A stretch of 62,784 bases of DNA, counting the filler, from Octopus bimaculoides (taxonomy: Eukaryota), in the NCBI RefSeq assembly GCF_001194135.2. It is 9 parts of 8 records of this genome, joined end to end, with 100 filler letters (N's around TTAATTAATTAA, not from the genome) between each part and the next. Parts side by side here need not be neighbours in the genome. Positions count along the whole stretch, not along the records: positions 49,617 to 55,863 come from NC_068983.1; positions 55,964 to 61,605 come from NC_068998.1; positions 61,706 to 62,784 come from NC_068981.1; 6 more parts are not named here. One strand, given 5' to 3'. The translations under genes and the position numbers were made by a program. This document shows, piece by piece, positions 52,792 through 62,784 of this stretch. How positions within the stretch are numbered: the stretch's first letter is position 1; every line of letters begins with the position of its first letter. The notes below the pieces were generated by a model, which saw nothing but the letters and a program-made list of their open reading frames with translations, did not search any database and was not told the DNA's origin.

Positions 52792-55039
52792 AGTCTGTCT
52801 GTTTGTGTGCATAGGCCCTTTGGTACATAAAGTTCTTAACGAGAATGTTTTTAAACGCTCATATATACTTGAATCCATGTATGCCTGTATGTATGTATTT
52901 ATGCATGTATGTGCTATAACGAAAATTATGAATTATTTCAAATATAAAAACGACTCCAGAACGCAAATGCATTCAAGGATCAGGCTATATCTGTTCCACA
53001 AGAATGCTAAATAAGTTTTTGTTATCAGACACAAAACTCATTATTTTCCCTCATAAGATGTTTTAATCGTCAGGTGTTTCATTACTAATTTCAAGTGGCT
53101 TCTTTAAGAAACGCATAAAATGGTTCACCAAAAGTTTATACCACGCTGTTTGTAGTCGGTCTCGAAAACAACTAAATATTACCATTTCAAATTGTAAGCT
53201 GCAAAGCAACTATCATAATCAAGTATCATGCCTTGCAGAGTAAATAAATTGGAAATGTTAATGTTAAAGGAAAGCTCATAAGTTTAATTTTCAGAGAAAG
53301 CAAATGATGTACTTGGAATGGTTTCTTACACTTCTGATCAATATTTTAGATAATATATTAATACAGAAACGAAGCTTGCACACGAATCATATTAAACGTG
53401 TTCTTTTTATAACCATTGCCAACATTCTAGAACGAAATTTTATGTATATTAGTTCTATTCTATATGTTATATTTGTATATACCATGAGAACTAAAACTTG
53501 ATAACTGTAGACGTAAGCACAAAATATAAACATAAATAAATGAAATAATGCATGCCATCATTTTGTAATGGTTGCGTGTGTAATGACTGATAGATTATGC
53601 ATTGAATGAAGACAGATCACACGAAACTAATGTTGAGAAATAACTGGTAACCTGTTTTAGGAATAGAACATTATAAGACGGATATGTAAATTACTCTTTG
53701 ATGATTTAAGTCATTCCATCTGAAAGTATAAAACTACTGTGATGTGGCGTTAATTGAAGTTAGATATTAATTTGTTGGAAGCAATATATGCAGAGATAAT
53801 TATACAAAAAACAAAAACAAAAAAAAACTTTAAAATACTCAGATGACACTTTAAATATTTATGTTGTTTGGTGGAAACATTTTCTCGTGAGAGTTTAAAA
53901 ATACATTCGGTTAGATAGTTTTCTTTTAAACTTTATTCGAATAACGCAACTGTATCAAAACAAACAATCTCATTTAAGAAAACAATATAATATGCAATAA
54001 GATTGAAAAGAAAGTTAATTATTTAAAACAAGGAAACATGATTGTGAAACGCTAGTGCATGTCATACTAACACGCACTTTATAAATGTTAAATATTCTTG
54101 GCGAAAAAGAAAACTGATCTTAACTTATTTATCACGCGAGAAAATGCTACGCTGCTATTGCAAAAACTGCACAAAAGACATTGCTATATTCTCACTTGTT
54201 TAATGTCTGATATTCCTATATTTTCTTTTACATTTTCCTATTGAATTATTTATCATTAACTTGAAGGTCCATTAATTTATCTTTGGCGACATATGAAATA
54301 AGTTTCCTTCACATTCACATCATGTAGAAATTAAAAACGAAATGGGTAGAGCTAGCAATAACGGGTTATCTCAGCAAAGAAGCAACGGACACACGAAAAG
54401 AAAAAGACATATAACATCAAAGTAGAAATAGATTTTAACCCATTATATTGAATTGCTAATTCGATTAGTGTGTGAAAGTTTTGAGAAAATGCAAGGAAAC
54501 GAATGTGAATATCTTTGCAAAAATAGGTGATCAATTAATGTTCTTGACTTATATAATTCATGTAGATAGAAACTACCATTCTCCATTTAAATTCGCTTCA
54601 AAACTGCAACTATCAAGAACTTCTTTTCCATCCACACTTCCTCATATATACACATCTGATCAAAATCACTATATACGTACTGCAAAACCTAAAAACACAC
54701 TTTCACACACACACACACACATACACACACGCACACGCACACACACACACAAACGCACACATAAACACTCACACACACACACACACAAACGCACACATAA
54801 ACACTCACACACACATTGCACATTCATACATGAAGCACTGCTTCAGGTTTATGCTTTGAATGAATTGTTTGTATAAATCGGAGATAAAAGGAACTAATAC
54901 CATATTCTTGTTGCTGTTGACTCTGAAGTCAATTTTGAATAAAGCAGGCCTATAACCAGACCTACACTTCAGTCACAATAAAGCAAAGCTATAACCAGAC
55001 CTATACTCCAGTCACGATTGCTCCGTCTTCTATTGAGAC

Positions 55040-55276
55040 CAGTGGCGGATTGGCCAGGTTGGTAGGTTTCCCGATGGCAAGTGGGCCCCTGCGCCATTAT
55101 AATCCATATATGGAAGAATAAATTAATTATTTCAGCCTGGCTGTGTTTGTAGACAGTTGAAAAGAACACTTTCAAAAAGAAAAAAAACACCCCAAAATTA
55201 AATGATAGAATTGTAGTTGCGGGTGGGACTCCTTAATCTCCTGGCAACCAATATTTTTAGACCCAGTCCACCACTG
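55040..55276. mobile_element. hAT-type MITE with an 8-bp TSD
   Basis: TIRs CAGTGGCGGATTGG and CCAGTCCACCACTG; flanks ATTGAGAC and ATTAAGAC (7/8 identical). Confidence 0.75.
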
Positions 55277-56616
55277 ATTAAGACTATGAGTCTAATCATA
55301 TATTACCCAGTGTGTCCTTCTTGTTTTAAGGTAGTATGACTTTCAGGAGGTATGCCCGCTATTTCTTGAAGATATATATGCCGTACATAGAATGTGTGTC
55401 GTTTGTTTGTGTGATATAATATTTCCTTAGAGTAGCTACAAGTTAACTGGTGTGGAATAACTATAAGCCAATATGGAAACCGTTTAGTTCTTTCGCTCCA
55501 AATTGAACAATCCATTGTGTACACATGGATAAACATTTACACAAGTACATCGATATATACAGACACAAGCACACATGCACAAGTCCAAGCACACACACAC
55601 ACGCGCACGCTCGCTCGCACATACACACCAATGCGCGCGCATACACAAAAATATTCACGCAGGCATCTAAATATGTAATAGTTAACGAATGAGATACTCC
55701 ATCACTGCACTGAGGTAAACAAATATGTAATACGAGAAATCGATAGAAAAACAACTACAGATCAATGCTAAAGAACAATACCAGTACATATGTATGTATG
55801 TATGTAGGTATTATGTATGAATGTGTATATGTATCTATATGTATATATATATATATATATATANNNNNNNNNNNNNNNNNNNNNNNNNNNNNNNNNNNNN
55901 NNNNNNNTTAATTAATTAANNNNNNNNNNNNNNNNNNNNNNNNNNNNNNNNNNNNNNNNNNNNGTGCTGGGTATCAACAACAAAGAATATAAGTAGCGAT
56001 CGTGATACCCACCACGAAGAAATGATCAAGCTAAGTAACAATCTATTAAGTAACAACTACCCTCAAAACATACTATCCACTCCAATTATGAAGAAAAGAG
56101 AGGATGAAACCTATGTGAAAGGCCTCTCCGAAAAGATACAAAAGATATGCAGCCCATATGACATCAGGACAGTATTCAAGAGTAATACAACACTTCGCAA
56201 ATATTTCCTTCGAGTAAAACCACCAATAGAAGAGAATATGACCAAAAGCTGCGTGTACTCCATCCTATGCAGCTGTGGTAGATTATACAAAGGCGAAACA
56301 TTTCGCCCCCTCAAAATAAGGGTAGACGAACATCGCAAAGCTGTGATACGAGGAAATATTGATAAATCGGGTATAGCTGATCATGTATGGGAAAATAGAG
56401 ACCACCTCTCCCTGTGGGATGAAGTTAAAATAATAGACAGAGAGCACCACTGGAAAATACGGAAACTAAAAGAAGGTGCACATATGCAAGGACACAACAA
56501 CCTTCTAAGCAGAACGAGTGCAGATATGAGCAGCATATGGGAACCGGTATTAAGGAAGGATAGAAAAATATTAGATTTATAAGCCTTAAAATTCACTCCA
56601 TAATATAACTGCCCAC

Positions 56617-56687
56617 AGGCATATGGCGTAGTGGTTAAGAGCGCGGGTTACTAACCCTAAGATTCCGAGTTCGATTCCAGGCAGTGA

Positions 56688-56691
<4 letters not shown>
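56617..56691 (+). promoter_or_regulatory. tRNA-derived internal Pol III promoter (A and B boxes)
   Basis: A box TGGCGTAGTGG (56624-56634) and B box GTTCGATTCC (56669-56678). The acceptor and T stems do not pair, so this is not a tRNA gene. Confidence 0.7.
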
Positions 56692-56752
<61 letters not shown>

Positions 56753-56798
56753 TTGAAAATACCTTAGAAATGAGAACCCAGGTTCGAAATTTCCCCAA

Positions 56799-56844
56799 GA
56801 CACCTGATGAAGGCTGGAGGGTATATCAGTCGAAACGTTGTGTA
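56799..56844 (+). ncRNA. Minimal type I hammerhead ribozyme
   Basis: ACAC-CTGATGA-a-GGCTG-gagggtatat-CAGTC-GAAAC-GTT-GTGT; stem II has one G-U pair. Confidence 0.68.
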
Positions 56845-56939
56845 AACAACAAACAAGATGAGGACAAATATCCGTCAAATGTAAATAATGTAAATAATGT
56901 ACATAATTCCTCATCTCTTAAATATAGAACTGTAAAACA

Positions 56940-59160
56940 TGAAGGCTGCATTGTCTGAGCTAGAGTGCGTGCCTTGAAACATGAAGGTTGAAAAGTTGTT
57001 GGTTGAATCTGGGTAGCGGAGGCACAACATGAAAACAAATCTAAAATTTGGTCTGTGAAGGACCGCAGAAGCCATGTGCTCTCCGATTCCAAACAGATGA
57101 GCGCGGTGTTTCGGCAGCACTTCGCTGACCTTTCTTCGAGGAGTGGCATTCTTGAGATACCGGGCTTTGAGGCCTACCTCGATGGTATGCAGCACTTATC
57201 AGACAATGAGATCGAGTGTTGAGAGAAACCGATTTCAGTGGAGGTAGTGGTAGATGTACTGGGTCACTGTGTGGGACACAAATCACCAGGATTGGATGGT
57301 CTGCCCTATGAACTATCTTTCCATATTTCTGACTTGTTTGTCCCAGTTCTGGCAGCTGTCTACTGCTCCTGGAAAGAGACTGGAAGCATTCCCAATCGTG
57401 TGAGCCGGGGAGTGGTGACGCTGCCGAGAAAGGATCCGAACAAGGGTGATGTGATTGAAAACTTCAGGCCCATAATCTACTCAACACTTAAAGATTTTAG
57501 TTAGGGTGCTCGCCAAGAGGCTGGCACTTGTTGTCGGTAGAATAGTTGGGGATGCACAATTTCCATCCCATGCGATATATCGTAGAACGGGTCGTGAATA
57601 GATCTGGCTTTGAAGGGGCACTGGTCAATCTGAACCAGTCCAAAGCTTTTGACAGGATAAACCATCGCTATTTGTCGTAAAATCTGCTCGGTCGTCAAAA
57701 TTAAATGGCCACCTCTCGGAATCTTTCAGTATTGAACCCTCGGTTCGCCAAGGATGCCCCCTCTCCCTGCTTTTATATATTTTAGCTTTAGAACCTTTAC
57801 TCCGAAGGCTGGAGAATTGAGGCGTATCCAGCTGAAACTAGGTCACAAGAAAGCTGTGTCTGCATACGCGGACGACGTCACTGTCATGGTATCTGACTCT
57901 TCGGAAATAGAGACGATCTATATTATACTGAAAGAATATCAGGCACGCACAGAAGCACTCAAACCAGCACACATCAGTAGATCTGCAACTAAGCTCTTGG
58001 AAAGGTAAGTCCATGTGGACTTGTGGCGATTTCAGTCGTTGGACGGAGGGTTCAGCGAAAGAGCTCGGATTCTGATTCATACCAGATCTCCAGGTAGACA
58101 GGAACGGGGAAGAGGTCATGACTAAGGTAACCAAGCTCACCCAGAAATAGGCAGAAAGGAAGAAGTCTCTGAAAGACTGGACGGAAGTAGTGAATGCATA
58201 CATCGCCTTGGTGGTGTACTACCGCCTAGCCGTCATACCTTGTCCCAACAAAAGTTAGACCAGATTGGAGCGCTTGCTTTTCTGATTTTTATGGAAGGGT
58301 TAGGTTCCGAAGGTCAGAAAATCTATCTGCTGTCAACACATACACCGTGGTGGTCTTGGGGTGCTATCCTTGATGATGCAGCACCACGCTTTGAGGCCGT
58401 CGCACCTACAAAAATATCTAAATTACTGCGATGGTTTGAACGACAGCGACGAAAATAAGGGTGAACTGGTGCGACACGTCTTTCTGCAGCTCATTTCATT
58501 GACAGAGCTGCAGTCATAGATCAAACGTAGACCAAGTTTGGGTGTCTGGCATCTAGGATGTTGTCAGAAGCTCACTGCATTGTACCAGCTGCACGAAACC
58601 GTTAGCGGAAAAGCAACCCAAGATAGGGGGCTAGTTGACGGTTTGAATGATGATGGCCTGAGATTGAATGTAGGCATCGACGAGAACAGTCTGAGTAGTC
58701 TCTTCCAGAGGGCCTTCAGCTCGAAGATCATGGACAATTTCCAAAAGTCTTTGGCATGGCAGTGCTACAGTGGGGGTTGGGGAGCATTGCCTATTCGAGA
58801 CAAGCTCTTCAGGCATGGAAAAGCCAACAGCCGAATCTGCCCGAGATATTTGCAGGGGGATGAAACCGTCCTGCATGCAATAATTCAGTGTCCGTGCATT
58901 AGAGAGTTGTGGGATTGTGTGGAGCAGCTCTTGTATCGTGTAAGACAAATTCAGTTGTCCGCCGAGTGTTTTAGCAGAGAAGGAAGGCAGACGTTTTTTT
59001 TTTTGCTTCGTGGCTGTGGCAAAAGCGACTGTGTTGTTGACCCGTCTGAAAGGTTTGAAGACAAGCACTTTTCTACCTTACCAAGCCAAAATCAATTTCT
59101 TCAATTATCATTTGAAGAGGAAGGTGAGGGTAGAGAGGGAAGTACTGCATTTATTAAAAG
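56940..59160 (+). mobile_element. Degraded L1/Tx1-clade LINE ORF2
   Basis: KSPGLDGLPYE, VVTL.RKDPNKGD.IENFRPI, SVRQGCPLSPLLYILALEP, AYADDVTV, and a zf-RVT-like region ALPIRDKL...CPR...ETVLHAIIQCP. Confidence 0.88.
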
Positions 59161-59431
59161 NNNNNNNNNNNNNNNNNNNNNNNNNNNNNNNNNNNNNNNN
59201 NNNNNNNNNNNNNNNNNNNNNNNNNNNNNNNNNNNNNNNNNNNNNNNNNNNNNNNNNNNNNNNNNNNNNNNNNNNNNNNNNNNNNNNNNNNNNNNNNNNN
59301 NNNNNNNNNNNNNNNNNNNNNNNNNNNNNNNNNNNNNNNNNNNNNNNNNNNNNNNNNNNNNNNNNNNNNNNNNNNNNNNNNNNNNNNNNNNNNNNNNNNN
59401 NNNNNNNNNNNNNNNNNNNNNNNNNNNNNNN

Positions 59432-59479
<48 letters not shown>

Positions 59480-60952
59480 CTCCTGTGCATGTAAGCAGTG
59501 TATTTATACATGCTTCTATGTAGACGTGTATGACCTTCAGAATATGGGTAGATGTGTCTATGCACAAGTATAGGTTTGTAGGAATATGTGAGCTTTGTTA
59601 CATGATACATTGTTTGCATGATAACTGATGCCATATGACAATACCCACCCAGTATTTTATCAGTTTTTGTTTGACAAATTATCAGCTTACTTTCACTTAC
59701 GCGAATGTTATCAAAGCTGGAAGCCTGTGACGTTGTTAAAATACATATGAACCTGATAGTGGTGATAGGTAGCAGTTATTGGCAGTAAGGTTAAGTGGTA
59801 GCCCAGTACTTATTGATACTGCACTTGTTGTTCTCTTTCGAAGAATGTCCCTATAATGATTTTTTTTTTTTTTACATAAGCACTGAAATTTAAAATTATC
59901 GAAGAAATAGTATCTAGACTGTATGATTAAGCTTTTCCTATGTGGAGAGATATTATTAGAACTGTAGAGCGGAATTAAGAAACAGGGTTAGCAGTTCGTA
60001 ATAAGCCTCTTCTCTACTTCACAGTGAAAGTGTCCAAATTATCACTTTGTATTGTTTATTAAGTTTCTTATGCACTTGTCGAAAAGCAGGGGAAGTATTC
60101 CTGGCCTCTATAGATGAGTGCAAACTCGAATGATAAATACCACTATTAAATTCTAACGTCAATTTTTTGATACTTGTAGGGGAAAATACTGGTACAAGGA
60201 GAATTCGAAATGGCTACAGTGATCGCTTAAGATGAAATATGGTGAGTGAAATGCAATAAAGAGATTACGAGAAAAAGAAAGGTAAGTGAATAAGAGGTTG
60301 TTTGGTAGCGGTGGTATGTAAGTTGTTTAAGTAGTAGTTAGAGAAGCAGAAAGATAAAGCAGTGCCATGTGAGTATCACTAGTCAGCCGAATGTCATTTT
60401 GAAGGCACAGCAGCAGCGCTGTTTCAGATATTTCAACCGTCGTCTAATGTAAGTCTTTAAGAGATCTGAGTTGAAGTATTTTATGACCTTAAAACAGAAA
60501 TGTTGCCGAAATTTTGTCATTTTATAGTCACAGAATATGAATAGGGTTGGTAGCAATTAAGTTTCTTCATGTAAGACAATGGGCTATTATGAAAGTGGTG
60601 GGCCGGTTAAGCGAATCGTGTCCTTCGTTATAAAATTCTGTTTACTGTTTTAGCAACAAGATAATGGCAGATGTAACACACTTTTCATCCTGATGTACTC
60701 GCTTGTAGAAGATGCATAAGTTAGCATGTTGGTAAGTGGTCTGAAATTCAAGGCAAAGCAAGTGTTTAAAGTAGTTGCTTGTTATTAGAACTGTAATTCG
60801 GTGTAAGTTTGTTTGCTCTTGATTTACGAGATTTAAGTGTTTTTCTTTAAATAAAATCATAGAAAAAGAAACTTTATCATGATCTCCAAAACGTATTTGC
60901 ATTAAACAATCAGCCAAACATACATCGGCAAGTACATATACTCACATATTTC

Positions 60953-61072
<120 letters not shown>

Positions 61073-61320
61073 CATGTTTTAAAATCAACGTTTATATGTA
61101 AAGGTAAGAATTTATTTTTATACACACAGAAACACATATATACATATATACATGCATGCATACATACATACGTACATACACACACATACATACATACCTA
61201 TATGCATATATACATACACACACACACACACACACACGCTCGCACACACATATGTATATATAGATATGGATATCGTCAGTAAATCCGAAAAAGAAGCATA
61301 CTAAGTTATAGAGCAGTAGA

Positions 61321-61557
61321 GTATATAAAGATAGATATGACCAGTTTATGGGGTTATCCGGAATTTCACGTCTATAAAGCGCTAAGCGCTTAGTAATGAA
61401 GTCTTTTCCTCCTCTATTTTCTAAAGAGGCCATTTGCTAGAGAGGCCAAAAGCCAACGGGTTTAGTGTCTGAAGAAGCGGTGTAAGGCTAAGCGCTTTAT
61501 GGGCGTGAAACTCCGGGTAACCCCATAAGCCGGTCATATCTATCTTTATCTATATAC
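61321..61557. mobile_element. MITE-like hairpin with 59-bp inverted arms
   Basis: 61325-61383 and 61491-61549 are inverted and 53/59 identical. Confidence 0.85.
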
Positions 61558-62282
61558 TATATGCTATGTACTATATGATGTATACTATATATATATATAT
61601 ATATANNNNNNNNNNNNNNNNNNNNNNNNNNNNNNNNNNNNNNNNNNNNTTAATTAATTAANNNNNNNNNNNNNNNNNNNNNNNNNNNNNNNNNNNNNNN
61701 NNNNNATATATATTTCATATTGCGATAGATTTTTGCTTGTTTACTTGAAGAATGTCCAAGTCAAGTGAAAAGTTAGCGGTAATTAGGTCAAGTCAAGAAG
61801 ATAGAATGAGAAAGGGGATAGAGAAGATATAGAGGCGGAGGATGGTAGCGATATATTTATGGTCAGTTGGTCTTAACAGGGTAGAGGGGATGAGCGTATA
61901 AAGTGAAGGAGGAATAGGGGGAAGAGGTGGTTAAAAGGTCTAGTGAGTAGGAAGGAATGCGTGTGTGTAGTATATAGGTGGTGGGGGTATGAGTGATAAA
62001 CCAAAGACAGAGATAAAGGAGAGGGATGGGTGGGAAAGGTAGTTAGTAGTATCATATTTTAGGATGCTGCCAAGCCTATTTATAGACGGTGGAAAGGGAT
62101 TGAAAGAGGTGACGTAGTCTGTTTGTGTAGGTGGTGTTCTTGTGAAATTGAGAATATGCGAAATAGATTTGGTGGTACATGTGTGGTGAGATGATCGAAA
62201 AGAAAATAATCCTATTCAAAAAGATGGTGAAAGATGGATGTTTTTGCCAGGTTGAATAGGTTGCCTGTGGGGGGTTGTGTTA

Positions 62283-62784
62283 TTATGTTGCGTGATCATT
62301 TGTGCAATTTTGCTTGTGATAGAACCTGAATGTGTGGAAAGAGCGGTGGTTGCAGTTGCTAAATGCTTCATTATATCGATTAAGTAGAGTAGGAGAATTG
62401 TATTTTAAAATATGGAACGCCTCCGTTAGGCAAAGCTTGCAATTGGAGCGCTGACCCTGGTATGGAGTTCCAGAGTCTAAGATGGACCATTTTAAGGTGT
62501 ATTGGGTATTTTTGTTTTTGAGGTGATGAATATGATTGGCTAATGTTGTAGATTTACTGTGTTTGTCGTATCTAAAAGAGTGCATGTGGGCTGCGTAGCG
62601 ATGTTTAAAGTTGATAGTTGCACCAATGTACGTGGCAGTAGAGTTATGTAATAGATTTTTGACGGTGCATTTATATATTACATTGTATCTTACGCAATGT
62701 GTTTGAAGCGGACATATAGTCCCGGAGCGACAGTTACAAGTGTAGGAGGCTAGAGGGTTGCGTATGCTTGTGGTTGAGTTATTA
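62283..62784 (-). mobile_element. Penelope-like GIY-YIG endonuclease remnant (Naiad/Chlamys-like)
   Basis: CNCRSGTICPLQTHCVRYNVIYKCTV, then (frameshift) TYIGATINFKHRYAAH-MHSFRY...TTLANHIHHLK...LKWSIL...CKLCLTE...LLNRYNE..SNCNH. Confidence 0.85.

Larger units (their letters stand above)
55964..56935 (+). mobile_element. Penelope-like element 3' part: RT-thumb remnant, GIY-YIG ORF and terminal module
   Basis: ORF 56022-56582 has YVKGLSEKIQKI, CVYSILCSCGRLYKGET.RPLKIRVDEHRK, SGIADHVWEN, RKLKEGAHM, followed by a tRNA-like head, (AAT)n and a hammerhead. Confidence 0.9.

Noticed and set aside
56617-56691. Possible tRNA gene
   Set aside because: A and B boxes are good, but the acceptor stem does not pair and the T stem has two mismatches; it is a tRNA-derived head.
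59900-60920. Possible Helitron/PIF1 helicase relic on the minus strand
   Set aside because: Only scattered 3-4 residue resemblances (e.g. PCF..LY, AIIL) among many stops, too weak to call without an HMM search.
61468-61512. CTGAAGA...GAAAC inside the 61.3 kb hairpin as a hammerhead
   Set aside because: No stem II pairing between the boxes.

Overview
Repeat-rich, AT-rich animal genomic DNA, most likely an octopus or other coleoid cephalopod. That assignment is an inference from recognising its tRNA-derived SINE families, RTE LINEs with (GAT)n tails and very dense (TA)/(TG)/(AAT)/(TACA) microsatellites. The window is not one contiguous locus: eight synthetic 100-bp spacers (44N-TTAATTAATTAA-44N) split it into nine blocks, and there are further N gaps beside microsatellites. 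Three host coding exons are well supported, all on the minus strand and each in a different block: a 323-nt Hedgehog acyltransferase (HHAT/MBOAT) exon (16822-17144), a 1074-nt first coding exon of an F-box protein with a PIP box, probably FBH1-like (45260-46333), and a 217-nt group III-like metabotropic glutamate receptor exon (52254-52470). Nearly everything else I can identify is transposon debris: a near full-length RTE LINE and many 3' fragments, a second RTE family copy with a 5' inversion, a degraded Ty3/Gypsy element, an L1/Tx1-like LINE, several Penelope-like (GIY-YIG) pieces, maT/mariner relics, MITEs and at least five SINE types. The best candidate for an undescribed system is a two-copy module of a tRNA-type Pol III head, (AAT)n and a minimal hammerhead ribozyme, attached to a Penelope-like element. 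Also notable are a PHD-type finger inserted inside the RTE reverse transcriptase and three different SINE copies stacked at one repeated 14-bp target. I could not run searches, so novelty is unverified. I found no CRISPR arrays, rRNA genes or functional tRNA genes.
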